Source of the DNA: a virus
Taxonomy: Duplodnaviria; Heunggongvirae; Uroviricota; Caudoviricetes
Reading direction: 5' to 3' (one strand)
IMG/VR virus record: IMGVR_UViG_3300010002_000010
Span: 27,949 to 91,948 of that record
DNA length: 64,000 bases
This document shows, one piece after another, positions 24,353 to 33,953 of this stretch (within the stretch, counting starts at the first letter, position 1; every line of letters starts with the position of its first letter). A model generated the notes under the pieces. It saw nothing but the letters and a program-made list of their open reading frames with translations. It had not been told where the DNA came from and made no database searches. Both the position numbers and the translations under genes were made by a program.

Positions 24353-24923
24353 GGCAATTTCTCATAATTTGAATAACTTTGTAAACTAAATTTCCTTGTT
24401 TTTGATCTTTTTCAGGAATAACGTAGTCTGCTGAAGCTTCCATATCATAAAAATCGCGGTCATCCGAATCAAAACGGCGATAAAGTTCTTTAATATCATC
24501 ACCACGTTCAATTCCTCGAAGGAAACGGGTTGTGTGAGATACCGCAAGGTAAACAGATTTTACTCTGTTTTTACCATATTTTGTTTTTAATTCATCTAAG
24601 CCACGAGGATCAATTAAAAGATAATAAGGATCTGATGATTTAGCGGCTTCCCAAAGTGCAGGAACCAAAAAACCGTATCTTACGGGAACAAGCAAGTCAT
24701 TTTTTTGCACATGGAATGTTTTTACAAGTGAAAGGTTTCCTTGTAATTCAAGATCATTGAATTTTTCACTGCTTACAAAATCATAATCCTTACCATCAAT
24801 TTCATTTGGCCGAGGATCGCGAGTTGTATATGAAATAATTCCTTTATAAAGAGAACGCTCTTCCAATTCCTTTGCCAATGTTGTTTTACCTGAATTGCTT
24901 TTTCCAACAATTGCAATTATCAT
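24342..24923 (-). CDS. gmk: guanylate kinase
   Basis: P-loop GKSNSGKTT and TTRDPRPNEIDGKDYDFVS. Confidence 0.8.
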   Translation of the reverse strand: MIIAIVGKSNSGKTTLAKELEERSLYKGIISYTTRDPRPNEIDGKDYDFVSSEKFNDLELQGNLSLVKTFHVQKNDLLVPVRYGFLVPALWEAAKSSDPYYLLIDPRGLDELKTKYGKNRVKSVYLAVSHTTRFLRGIERGDDIKELYRRFDSDDRDFYDMEASADYVIPEKDQKQGNLVYKVIQIMRNCHEA

Positions 24924-24961
24924 TAAAAAATTCCTCCAATTGAAACGAGAAAACCAGGGAA

Positions 24962-25483
24962 TTATTTCCCTGATGATCCGCTTCCGCCTAAGCGAGTTAA
25001 ATTTGTTGGTTGGTCATCATCTGTTGTCAGATATTTTTGGAAAATACCTTGTGCAAATCTTTCGCCCGCTAAGATTGTGGCTTCTTGATCTGAATAGTTA
25101 TACAAGCAGACAATAATGTTTCCGTCGTTTTTTGGATTACAGTAATATGAAGCATCAATGATACCCATAGTATTTTTTAGCATCAAGCTAAGCTTAATCC
25201 CCACACTAGATCTTGGTGAGATGACTAAACATTCATCGGGTTGCATAGATGCCTTAACATCTGTGTAAATAGCAACAGATTCACCTGGTTTTAAAATATA
25301 ATTCTCTTTTGCATAAAAATCATATCCGGCAGATCGAGAATCTGAACGCGTTGGAAGCGTTGTTTTTACATTTGGTAAAAATTTATGCTCTGATTCAACT
25401 TCTTCGAAAAACCGACCGCTGAAAACAGCGGTATGTTTATCAAATTTTAATCCTGCATCGTCGTGATCTGACCAAATTTTCAT
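24962..25483 (-). CDS. dut: dUTPase (trimeric dUTPase/dCTP deaminase superfamily)
   Basis: AGYDF, GIIDASYY and C-terminal RLGGSGSSG motifs. Confidence 0.7.
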   Translation of the reverse strand: MKIWSDHDDAGLKFDKHTAVFSGRFFEEVESEHKFLPNVKTTLPTRSDSRSAGYDFYAKENYILKPGESVAIYTDVKASMQPDECLVISPRSSVGIKLSLMLKNTMGIIDASYYCNPKNDGNIIVCLYNYSDQEATILAGERFAQGIFQKYLTTDDDQPTNLTRLGGSGSSGK

Positions 25484-25484
25484 A

Positions 25485-25697
25485 TTATTCTGCCTCTCGT
25501 GCGATAATATCCTTAACTACCGCATGTTGAAGTTCGATTGTTACGATGAAATATTCAAGACCCTTACGTTCTTTTTTGTCGATCGACGTCTTTTTAACAA
25601 GGCGCCCATTTTCTTGTTGAGCCTGTTCGACCAAACCTTCCGCTTCATCAAGAGCCCATGCAAGTTGCGTTGTTTTGTTTCCTAGTAAGATAGCCAT
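25485..25697 (-). CDS. hypothetical protein (70 aa)
   Basis: RBS ggagga. Confidence 0.5.
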   Translation of the reverse strand: MAILLGNKTTQLAWALDEAEGLVEQAQQENGRLVKKTSIDKKERKGLEYFIVTIELQHAVVKDIIAREAE

Positions 25698-25733
25698 TTT
25701 TAATTTCCTCCAGTTAGTTGTTTTAGTTTTTTA

Positions 25734-26243
25734 TTAAAATGGTGCTTTTTCAAATTCGTTGTCTTTCTTTTCATTTTCTTTTTGTAATTCAGCGAAAGTA
25801 AACTTTTTACCGGTAACTTTTTCATACTCGGCAAGATTACTATTAATTACAGGATCCATATTTGAAATAATATCAAGGATAAGCGGAGATTTTAATTTAG
25901 CATTAATATCTCGTGCCAATGCTTGAGATAAACGATCTTTACGAGAGTTTTCAATTTTTGAAACCTCTCTTTGAGCTCCATCAACGTCAATTTTATTTAC
26001 AAGAATTGCATGATTACGGATATAATCTTTTTTATCTGAATAACCAACGAATACCGCGAAGCCAAGATTATTATCCAAGCTAAGAATAGAGACAGTATTA
26101 TATTTAATCAGATTTTTAATGTGTGTTTTAAATTGGTATTTTTTAGCGTTACGCACTTCAGCGGGAGAAAATCGAAGTGGGTCGCTTACAAAAACTACAT
26201 CAGCATATAAAATTTCTTCACCATTATTAAAATTGTATTCCAT
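25734..26243 (-). CDS. hypothetical protein (~169 aa)
   Basis: Start set to the ATG at 26243 (MEYNFNN...) with RBS ggaggg; the track ORF overlaps the upstream gene. Confidence 0.5.
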   Translation of the reverse strand: MEYNFNNGEEILYADVVFVSDPLRFSPAEVRNAKKYQFKTHIKNLIKYNTVSILSLDNNLGFAVFVGYSDKKDYIRNHAILVNKIDVDGAQREVSKIENSRKDRLSQALARDINAKLKSPLILDIISNMDPVINSNLAEYEKVTGKKFTFAELQKENEKKDNEFEKAPF

Positions 26244-26244
26244 A

Positions 26245-26643
26245 TTATTTGCCCTCCGTAATATATCCAAGATCTGGATTTAATTGGCGTTCATGGTTTA
26301 GTTTATTTTTTTCAAGGTAAGCATTTAAAATATCCTGCTCACTCATTCCCAAGGCGTTGAAAATATTTAGCATAAAGTGTAAAGCGTCGATCGCTTCTTC
26401 TTTAACCTTTTGAGTTTGCTCAGCATCTTTGGCGTTATCCCAATCATACTGTTTCCAAGGTTTTGAATATTTTAATTCGCGGGTCATTTCAACAGTTTCT
26501 TCAATTAAAAATGAGGCCTGTTCTTTAATATAAGAAGAATCTTGTTCAGATTTGATCTGAATGTTTTGGCCTAGATTAAATTGAATTCCCAAAGTACGTT
26601 GGAATGCTCGCTGTTTGTCTAGCATAAGTTGTAAATAGTTCAT
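26245..26643 (-). CDS. MazG-like nucleoside triphosphate pyrophosphohydrolase
   Basis: EExxE (EETVEMTRE) and ExxD (EEAIDALHF) metal-binding helices; 132 aa, all-alpha. Confidence 0.6.
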   Translation of the reverse strand: MNYLQLMLDKQRAFQRTLGIQFNLGQNIQIKSEQDSSYIKEQASFLIEETVEMTRELKYSKPWKQYDWDNAKDAEQTQKVKEEAIDALHFMLNIFNALGMSEQDILNAYLEKNKLNHERQLNPDLGYITEGK

Positions 26644-26682
26644 TTTGAATAACCTCCAAGTTTTAATCTCTCTTACTTTTAT

Positions 26683-26712
26683 ATTATACTTGATCTTTTA
26701 AAAGTAGAAAGA
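26683..26712 (-). promoter_or_regulatory. conserved phage promoter (TATAATATAAaagtaag family)
   Basis: cttacttttatattatacttg read directly. Confidence 0.55.
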
Positions 26713-26746
26713 GAAAAGAAGAACTTTTCTCTTTATTTTTTATTTT

Positions 26747-27985
26747 TTATTCTTCATTGTACAGTTTGACTTTCTCGCCTTGTAGATAGATTTCTCCATT
26801 TTTCTGGCCAACAATTTTAATCGTGGTATGATTAATAGATGATCCGCGAGTATTTAAAACAAACTCGGCATCCCGTCGGTAACCATTCAAGATCAGTAAT
26901 GTTCCGCGCTCAAACCAGCTAGGATCCAAGACTTCTTTATCTTTTCCTTTTACCTGAACAACTTTTTTATCATAGTGGGCAAAAGTTCCTTTTGTATAAC
27001 GGATTGTGACAACACCATCTTGAGTTAATACAAAGATCAAGCTTTTGGTTTTGTCTTTATCTACTACTGTTCCCGCAATTGTGCTAATTTGATAGTTCGG
27101 GATTTCACGGCCACGCCATTTTTTCCATTCTCGAACAACAGGAACTTCCGGAAGCTCTTCAAATTTGGAAATATTATAAAGGCTTGACAGATCATAATAG
27201 TCCAGTTCATGTTTATGCTTATAATAAAGCAATGTTGACATTTCCCAAGCTTCAATTGATCCCGAGCATTCATCGATCCAAAATTGTTTACGGTTTTTGG
27301 CAGTAAGAATCTGAACAGTTTCAGGTTTTGCTAACCATTCTTTCAGTCGGCCAATACCTTTTTCATAGTATTTCTTGAATGATTTTTCATCAATTACAAG
27401 CTTTCCTTTTTCAAAAGTGTATTCGACATGATCTTTATATTTTGCAATAAATTCATCTTCGATTTCACGAGTCATTACTGCTTTTTTACCGACCGCTTTA
27501 ATTTTGAAATTATACAATTCCAATTCTGGTCCGTATTCTTCTTTATTAATATGATCGATTACATGCGGAAGATTTGCCATTGTCAATTTTGTTTTTGCTG
27601 GTACCGCAATCTTAACAAAATCAATCATTAGTTTTCTGCGGTCTGATTCAAATTCATCAAATGATCCTGACTTAATTAATGTTACAATTTTCTTATTTGA
27701 AATTCCAGATCCCTCAAATGACGTTTTTTCTAAGAAATTCTCAAAAGAAGTATAAGGACGATTAGCAATGACAGTTGCGACAACATCTTTCCCAAGCCCA
27801 ACAATTGGTTTCAATCCAAACAGGATCTTATTCTCTGATTCAAGTGGCGTAAATCCTGGACGAGATTTATTAATATCTGGCGGAAGAACTTCATCTTTAA
27901 TATTTCCGATCGCTTTTGCAATCTTACCATATTTTGTATTAGTTTCTTTTTCACCTGATAATCCTGAGTTTACGGATAAACAAGC
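26747..27985 (-). CDS. dnaE: DNA polymerase III alpha (DnaE)-like polymerase, exon 2 (C-terminal part: ILPPDIN-like motif, HhH, OB region); 5' boundary approximate
   Basis: VLPPDINKS and LKPIVGLGKDVVATVIANRPY align with DnaE fingers/HhH segments; continues the 29046-31538 frame across the intron. Confidence 0.75.
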   Translation of the reverse strand, partial: ACLSVNSGLSGEKETNTKYGKIAKAIGNIKDEVLPPDINKSRPGFTPLESENKILFGLKPIVGLGKDVVATVIANRPYTSFENFLEKTSFEGSGISNKKIVTLIKSGSFDEFESDRRKLMIDFVKIAVPAKTKLTMANLPHVIDHINKEEYGPELELYNFKIKAVGKKAVMTREIEDEFIAKYKDHVEYTFEKGKLVIDEKSFKKYYEKGIGRLKEWLAKPETVQILTAKNRKQFWIDECSGSIEAWEMSTLLYYKHKHELDYYDLSSLYNISKFEELPEVPVVREWKKWRGREIPNYQISTIAGTVVDKDKTKSLIFVLTQDGVVTIRYTKGTFAHYDKKVVQVKGKDKEVLDPSWFERGTLLILNGYRRDAEFVLNTRGSSINHTTIKIVGQKNGEIYLQGEKVKLYNEE

Positions 27986-29045
27986 TGTTTTCCAAAATAC
28001 AGATCCAAAGAGAAGGCAGATATTCATCTCAATCATCAAGATCAAAGTATAGCCCGCAATGTGTGGAAGTGAGAATGCATCATGTGATCCAAATTTTTCA
28101 ATCTGGCATGGACTATATCTTTACAATGCGATCCAATTATTTAAATTTGAAATAGGGCGCCCGTCGAAAGCTATTTGATCTTTGAATATTTACTTCAATA
28201 TGATTCACCCGCTTATTTAACTCTTTCGCGGCTTCATATATATCTGTAAACTCTTTGATTAAAGATCCATCAATGTTAAAATACAAAATTGGTTTTCCAA
28301 CTAATTCTTGTTTGCGGTTTTTAATTCCGCCCACTTTTGCATTTATAGGACATTGTTTTTTACGCTTTTCGCTGGTTCGATTAATCAGTCCATTTTCTGA
28401 AGCATGTTTCATATTGCCCGCGTTATCTGTCCATTCTAAATTTGTATAATGGTTATTTTGTTTATTACCATCTAAATGGTTAACCACATTAAATTTATTA
28501 GGATCCGGGTTTTTAACAAACGTTTCACATACCAGCCGATGAATATATTTCTCAATTGGTCCTAATCTTGTTCTAAAATATCCATTAGGTAATAGAGTTT
28601 GCTTCTCAATTCGTTCTGGCCGTATATACTTTCTTCCGTCTGTTCCAATATGAATATGATTTAATCGTTTTACTTCACCGTTTTCCGAAACTAAAAAATT
28701 TGAATCATCTGCTGTTGTTTTCCATTCCATAAGAAACTCTCCTTATAAATGGATCGCATTGTACTTTGCTCTTCGAATAACGTACCAATAGTTATCCTAC
28801 TCTACTAACTTCCACAATTTCTGTGTGCTTTCGATAGTCTCTACACCTTCAATTAAGCTAGGCACGGTATTATCGGCTACCCATATTTCAGGGTTTAGAT
28901 TCTCTTAGTCAGCGGCTTCGTCTTTTGGTAAATCCTGTCATTTCCTTGTTAGGCTTGGACAGAAGTCTTATTCAACTGATACCGTTAGCATGATCTTAAG
29001 ATCATACACCCCTGGTTGGGTTCACAAAGTTAACGGGCAAGCTAT
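27986..29045 (-). mobile_element. group I intron (approximate bounds) in the polymerase gene, carrying an HNH homing endonuclease ORF
   Basis: ~1.06 kb interruption between aligned DnaE segments (...SYVWTYCLEPQF | ...ACLSVNSG...LPPDIN); ~310-nt GC-richer non-coding block at 28731-29045. Confidence 0.7.
28137..28730 (-). CDS. HNH homing endonuclease (intron-encoded)
   Basis: HNH-type motif ...VNHLDGNKQNNHYTNLEW...; RBS aaggagag. Confidence 0.75.
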   Translation of the reverse strand: MEWKTTADDSNFLVSENGEVKRLNHIHIGTDGRKYIRPERIEKQTLLPNGYFRTRLGPIEKYIHRLVCETFVKNPDPNKFNVVNHLDGNKQNNHYTNLEWTDNAGNMKHASENGLINRTSEKRKKQCPINAKVGGIKNRKQELVGKPILYFNIDGSLIKEFTDIYEAAKELNKRVNHIEVNIQRSNSFRRAPYFKFK

Positions 29046-31538
29046 TCACCCAAATTGTGGTTCTAGGCAATAAGTCCAAACATAGCTTAAGAATAAAACA
29101 CTTGTCCCAAGATCTTTTCCCTGTTCAAAGAATAATTCTTTTTGCTCCGCAATGAGCTCTTTATTCTGTTTAGCTACGGCTTTCCGGAATTTATTGGCTT
29201 GAGTTAATGTGAACCCTGAGATTTTTTGATCCATCGAGATCTCCATAAGACCTTCTTGTGTATCGCAGATTCCGTATCGATCATTTAGGTGGTTAATTAG
29301 AATATTTTTTTCGTCTTCAGTTAAATTATTTTCGTCCATTTCTTTATACCAAAGAGAAATATCATTCTTAAATTCAACATATTTATCGATCGGTTGTTTT
29401 CCTGAAGTTGTTAATCGCATCAATGAGTTACCCGCAGATAATTCATCAAAAGATTGCGGTTTAATTTTGTTCAGTGCACTAATACCAACATTGGTTTCAA
29501 ATTGGAAAGCATTGAATACCTCACCTTTTGCAAGCATTTCGTACATTTGCGGATCTTGCATCTCTAAAACATCTGGATGAAGATATTTTTCATAAGTCTC
29601 CCGCAGAGTACCTTGCCATTCAATTTTACCGTATTCTTCCAATAAAGCCATAGCTTCACGGATCCGCCCAAGTGCATCAACTGAAAGGAAATCTAATTTT
29701 AAACCGCCCAATGCTTCTGTATCTTTTGCATCGAATTGAGTAACCGCTAATCCTTTTGTTGTTTGCATTAATACATTTTGTTCGATATATCCGTTAGGGA
29801 AAATTACAATTCCTGAAGCGTGCTGAGATCGACCAGAAATTAATCCTTCAATTGAAAGCAAAGCATCTCGCAATCCTTCATGACTATCAACCTCATTAAT
29901 AAACTCTTGAACAGGACGGCGTTTTTCTTCTTCGTTTCCAAAGAGACAATCTCGAATTGGCCAGTTTTCTGCTTTTTCTTTTGGAATTAGGTTTGCAATA
30001 TTCATTGCAATATCTTTATCAATATCTAATCCACGGCAAGCAGTTAATACAGATGATCGGGATTTTTCTGTTGTAAATGTTCCCATGTTCAAAACATTTT
30101 CTTCGCCAAACTCTTTTTTAATAAGTTCAACAATTTCCAATCGTTTTGATCCTTCAGTATCAATGTCAATATCTGGCAACTCTACCCGCTCTTTTGACAA
30201 GAAACGCCAGTGAGGAAGTTTATATTTAATTGGGTTGATTTGAACAATATCTAACAAATAGTTTGTGTAATAACAACTTGCTGATCCACGAGAAACTCCG
30301 ACCAGCGAAACTTTCCACATAATATCAACTACTTGCTTTGTTAAGGTAAAGTAAGAAGATAGCGGTTGGTTAAGTGCTTTGGAAATATGCCAGATCTCAT
30401 TTAGCTCGGTATTAATACGATCAAGGTTTTCATGATTGTATTCTTCGTTCCGTCGAACCATTCCCTCTTCAATTAGCTTCAAATAATAACGGTCAACAAG
30501 GTTTGGGCTGTTTTTAAATTCACCAATATAGTTGTATGCAATGGTAAACTTATCAAATGAAGTTGCTTCTGTAAAGTCTGCTGGAATCTTCGTATTTGGA
30601 ACTTTAATTGGCTGATCCAAACTATATGATTCAATTTTGCTTTGGATCTCAATTGTATTTTTTGCCAACACCCGAAGTAGATTATCTGGGAAAAATTCAA
30701 GCAGTTCATCGTATGACATTACATAAGTTGTTCCATAGAATTGATCGACTTCTCGCTCTCCTTCTGAGGCTTGCAAATATGCGCGGTGTTGATCTTGGAA
30801 ACCTTTATTCAAATAATGGGCATCTGTGGCGACAATACATTTCACATTGTACACTTCTGATAATTTCAAAAGCATGCGGTTTGCCGTGTGTTGATCTTTT
30901 TGGTAAGATGGTTGAAGCTCAAAATAGAAATCAGTTCCAAACAAGCCTTTCATCAAAGTAACAAAATCGTGCATTTTCTTTTTTAATTCCTGCGATGGGT
31001 TTTCATCATAAGCAATTAAATATTGCGGTAGTTCTCCACCAACACAAGCAGTAGTTGCGATAAGATCTCCTGAATATTCTTGCATAATTTCATAAAGATC
31101 ATCTTTATATGTTGGAACACGGAACATACCGTTTTGGTAAAATCCATTTTTCCAAGCTTTTGATGATAGGATTTTAAGAGCTTTATAACCGCGTTCATTT
31201 TTAGCAATTAAAATGAAATGAGGATATTTAATTTTAGTGCCGTTTTCGAGGCTATCTTCTACTTTATCACGGTCAAGAAGATAGATCTCATTACCAAGTC
31301 CAATTGAATAATCATCAGGTAATTTACCTGCTTCTTTTTGCTTTTTAACATATTTTAATAATTTTACATGATTTGACAAAGCTTCATGATCGGTGCAAAC
31401 AAACCCCTTCAAACCAATTTCTGCGGTATAATCAACTAACATTGTGATCTTGTTAATCGCATCACGTAGACGGAAATTGCTTGCATCAGAGTGAGAATGT
31501 GTTAAGAAAATATTTTTATATTCTGGCAGTGTATTCAT
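29046..31538 (-). CDS. dnaE: DNA polymerase III alpha (DnaE)-like polymerase, exon 1 (PHP domain plus palm and fingers)
   Basis: PHP motifs HSHSDAS...CTDHE; C-terminal ...LSYVWTYCLEPQF aligns with DnaE ...VSYQTAWLKAHYPAEF; RBS aggagga. Confidence 0.8.
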   Translation of the reverse strand: MNTLPEYKNIFLTHSHSDASNFRLRDAINKITMLVDYTAEIGLKGFVCTDHEALSNHVKLLKYVKKQKEAGKLPDDYSIGLGNEIYLLDRDKVEDSLENGTKIKYPHFILIAKNERGYKALKILSSKAWKNGFYQNGMFRVPTYKDDLYEIMQEYSGDLIATTACVGGELPQYLIAYDENPSQELKKKMHDFVTLMKGLFGTDFYFELQPSYQKDQHTANRMLLKLSEVYNVKCIVATDAHYLNKGFQDQHRAYLQASEGEREVDQFYGTTYVMSYDELLEFFPDNLLRVLAKNTIEIQSKIESYSLDQPIKVPNTKIPADFTEATSFDKFTIAYNYIGEFKNSPNLVDRYYLKLIEEGMVRRNEEYNHENLDRINTELNEIWHISKALNQPLSSYFTLTKQVVDIMWKVSLVGVSRGSASCYYTNYLLDIVQINPIKYKLPHWRFLSKERVELPDIDIDTEGSKRLEIVELIKKEFGEENVLNMGTFTTEKSRSSVLTACRGLDIDKDIAMNIANLIPKEKAENWPIRDCLFGNEEEKRRPVQEFINEVDSHEGLRDALLSIEGLISGRSQHASGIVIFPNGYIEQNVLMQTTKGLAVTQFDAKDTEALGGLKLDFLSVDALGRIREAMALLEEYGKIEWQGTLRETYEKYLHPDVLEMQDPQMYEMLAKGEVFNAFQFETNVGISALNKIKPQSFDELSAGNSLMRLTTSGKQPIDKYVEFKNDISLWYKEMDENNLTEDEKNILINHLNDRYGICDTQEGLMEISMDQKISGFTLTQANKFRKAVAKQNKELIAEQKELFFEQGKDLGTSVLFLSYVWTYCLEPQFG

Positions 31539-31566
31539 TAATTTTCCTCCTTCTACTTACTTTTAT

Positions 31567-31596
31567 ATTATACTTAAAAAAATAAAAAAATAAAGG
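31567..31596 (-). promoter_or_regulatory. conserved phage promoter (TATAATATAAaagtaag family) for the polymerase gene
   Basis: acttttatattatacttaa read directly. Confidence 0.5.
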
Positions 31597-31620
31597 CCAT
31601 CAGACCTTTATTTAATATTT

Positions 31621-31974
31621 TTATTCTTTTGAAATGTCTACACCATATTTTTTATGAATATCGGCGCGGAATGAATAGGTAGATGGACGATATTCTAAAA
31701 GAATTTTCATTCCAGGATGATCTAAATGCTCTTCAAAGATTTTCAAAAACTCATACTCACTAAGATTATTTAATTTGTTTGATCCACTACCAAAACCCAA
31801 AGCATTAAGCTTAACAATTAAATATCCTTTTGAAAAACGATCAAAATGGTTAGGTCGAAGCGATTCGGCCGCGATTCGATCCAAGAAATTAACAACTGTT
31901 AATACACTCATACCATTAAGTTTTACCGCCGATCGTGAAGCTGTTTCGTATTTAATAATTACATGTTGATCCAT
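31621..31974 (-). CDS. hypothetical protein (117 aa)
   Basis: RBS ggaggt. Confidence 0.5.
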   Translation of the reverse strand: MDQHVIIKYETASRSAVKLNGMSVLTVVNFLDRIAAESLRPNHFDRFSKGYLIVKLNALGFGSGSNKLNNLSEYEFLKIFEEHLDHPGMKILLEYRPSTYSFRADIHKKYGVDISKE

Positions 31975-32131
31975 TATAATACCTCCATAGTTTTTAAAAT
32001 TAAAACAATTGTTCCGCCTGATGCAATAACTGGCAATAGCTTAAAGAAGATTATTGAAAGGAGACCTTCTGCACGTGCAATAATACTGAAAAATAAATTA
32101 ATACAACAAACGATCAATAAAAACATTAACA

Positions 32132-32491
32132 TTATTTTTTCTCCTCAAATTCAAATTGGATCGATAGGTTTTTCATTAGTTTATCTGCTTCTTTATGGCT
32201 CTTCTCAGTATTTTCATGAGCAGTATCTGTTTTAATATCCGCCATAATCATTTCCTTAGCAATTTTCTTGATATTTTCATGATCTGACATAAAAGATTCC
32301 ACCTCATTATAAAAATTCGGATTGTATCTTCGACTATCCCAACTTCCGTTTGACACTATTGTGCATGAAATAATTTTTGTTAATTTTTCACTGAAAATTT
32401 TTCCAGGTTTTTTATATTTTATAACCATTTGAGCGGACTCATCTGTTAGTATATCTTCATACATGCGGAATTTAATTTTTACTTTAATCAT
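32132..32491 (-). CDS. hypothetical protein (~119 aa)
   Basis: Start moved to the ATG at 32491 (gaaggag RBS, 9-nt spacing); the track start is a TTG inside the RBS. Confidence 0.5.
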   Translation of the reverse strand: MIKVKIKFRMYEDILTDESAQMVIKYKKPGKIFSEKLTKIISCTIVSNGSWDSRRYNPNFYNEVESFMSDHENIKKIAKEMIMADIKTDTAHENTEKSHKEADKLMKNLSIQFEFEEKK

Positions 32492-32801
32492 TAGCTTTAT
32501 CTCCTTCAAAATCGGGGAATTTTACTTTTTGGATAAACATGTCGCGATCATAATAGACATCTACTATATTTCCTTTTTTAAGCAAACCTTTAACATTTCG
32601 GGTTGCACACATTTTAATTGTGTTTTTACCTTTTTTTAATTCAACATTGTTATCACAATCAAACTTATCAAATCTAGTAACACTTTTTGTTACTTCCATA
32701 TTTTTATATGATCCAACAACTGTTGAGCTTTCATCTGAACAACCAAAAAGAAAAGCAAAAGCAAACAAAAGAGCAAAAGCAATCAAAATTTTTTTTGTCA
32801 T
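32484..32801 (-). CDS. predicted lipoprotein (105 aa)
   Basis: Signal peptide with a lipobox (FAFLFGC). Confidence 0.6.
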   Translation of the reverse strand: MTKKILIAFALLFAFAFLFGCSDESSTVVGSYKNMEVTKSVTRFDKFDCDNNVELKKGKNTIKMCATRNVKGLLKKGNIVDVYYDRDMFIQKVKFPDFEGDKAND

Positions 32802-32830
32802 TTAGATCTCCTCCATTTAAAATGATGATT

Positions 32831-33457
32831 TTATTCCGGGTTTTCTTCCACTTCTAGCAAATCAATTGTTCCGTTGAGTAAAACTTCTTCACAAAGTACG
32901 GCAACTTTTTCTCGCGGTCCAAAGTATTCTCCAGCAAACAAACTTTGGTCTTGCCAGATTTTAATCATTTGGCCATCTCGCATAGAATAAATCTCGCGGA
33001 CTTCTTCTTTAATTTGTCCTTTTGCATTAATAATAATATCAAAGACAGATCGGTCTTGATAATTTACTGTATGCAATTTAGGTTTTCCATCAACAATTGT
33101 TTCGTATACCTCTACAATATTTTTAAGTTTTAACTTGTTAATATCATCAACATAAAGAACATCTTTATTTGATACTGAGTTTAAGAAATTAAGATCTACA
33201 GTTTCATGCTCAAGAACAATTGGAGATTCCTCGCTATGTTTTTCATATCCAAGCATAGCCAATACAGGTTTTACCTCTGATGGGTGCAAGCGGAATCTTG
33301 GAGAAAAATTAGTGTTTACCGCAAAAATTTTACCACGGTTATTGTTAACTTTATAAATCATCATTGGATAAGGCCCAAAATGATGGGCGACTAATTTTGA
33401 TAAAAAGCTAAAAGCACTTTGATTTGTTGATCCTGTTTTCATATAAGACGTTGCCAT
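32831..33457 (-). CDS. hypothetical protein (~208 aa)
   Basis: Start at the ATG at 33457 with RBS ggaggaaaaataat. Confidence 0.5.
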   Translation of the reverse strand: MATSYMKTGSTNQSAFSFLSKLVAHHFGPYPMMIYKVNNNRGKIFAVNTNFSPRFRLHPSEVKPVLAMLGYEKHSEESPIVLEHETVDLNFLNSVSNKDVLYVDDINKLKLKNIVEVYETIVDGKPKLHTVNYQDRSVFDIIINAKGQIKEEVREIYSMRDGQMIKIWQDQSLFAGEYFGPREKVAVLCEEVLLNGTIDLLEVEENPE

Positions 33458-33458
33458 A

Positions 33459-33953
33459 TTATTTTTCCTCCATTTTAAAGTTATCCATTGCAATATTTAC
33501 CAAAAGATCCGCTCGGTTGTTACCTTCATTATCTGAGTGGCCTTTTACTTTTACAAAATCGATCCATTCAAACTTTTCCATTTCTAAGAGCAGTCGTTCC
33601 CATAATTCTTTATTAGCGACAGGTTTTTTGGCAGTTGTTCTCCAACCATTCATTTGCCAAAGTTTATAACTTTCTTTTTTGATCGCATTAATTACATACG
33701 CGGAATCCGAATGAATTACAACCGGAACCTCTTTTTTGGTAATTGCTACCATGGCGGCGATAATAGCTTTCATCTCCATCTGGTTATTTGTTACCCCGAC
33801 TTCTGCTCGAGAATATTCTTTTTCGTGACCTTTGAAAGTAAGAATACATGCCCAAGCACCAATTGCATTTTTCTTGCCGTTCCCGCGAACTCCGCCATCT
33901 ACCCAGCAATGAATGGCAGTTTTCTTTGTATCAATAAATCCTGTTTTGTTCAT
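33459..33953 (-). CDS. rnhA: ribonuclease HI
   Basis: DGG..G...G, TNN.MEM.A, HSDS.Y and KGH..N.GN..AD RNase HI signature blocks. Confidence 0.85.
   Translation of the reverse strand: MNKTGFIDTKKTAIHCWVDGGVRGNGKKNAIGAWACILTFKGHEKEYSRAEVGVTNNQMEMKAIIAAMVAITKKEVPVVIHSDSAYVINAIKKESYKLWQMNGWRTTAKKPVANKELWERLLLEMEKFEWIDFVKVKGHSDNEGNNRADLLVNIAMDNFKMEEK

Noticed and set aside
28731-29045. tRNA or small RNA gene in the GC-rich block
   Set aside because: No cloverleaf or T-loop (GGTTCGAATCC-like) motif was found. The block is better explained as the group I intron core.
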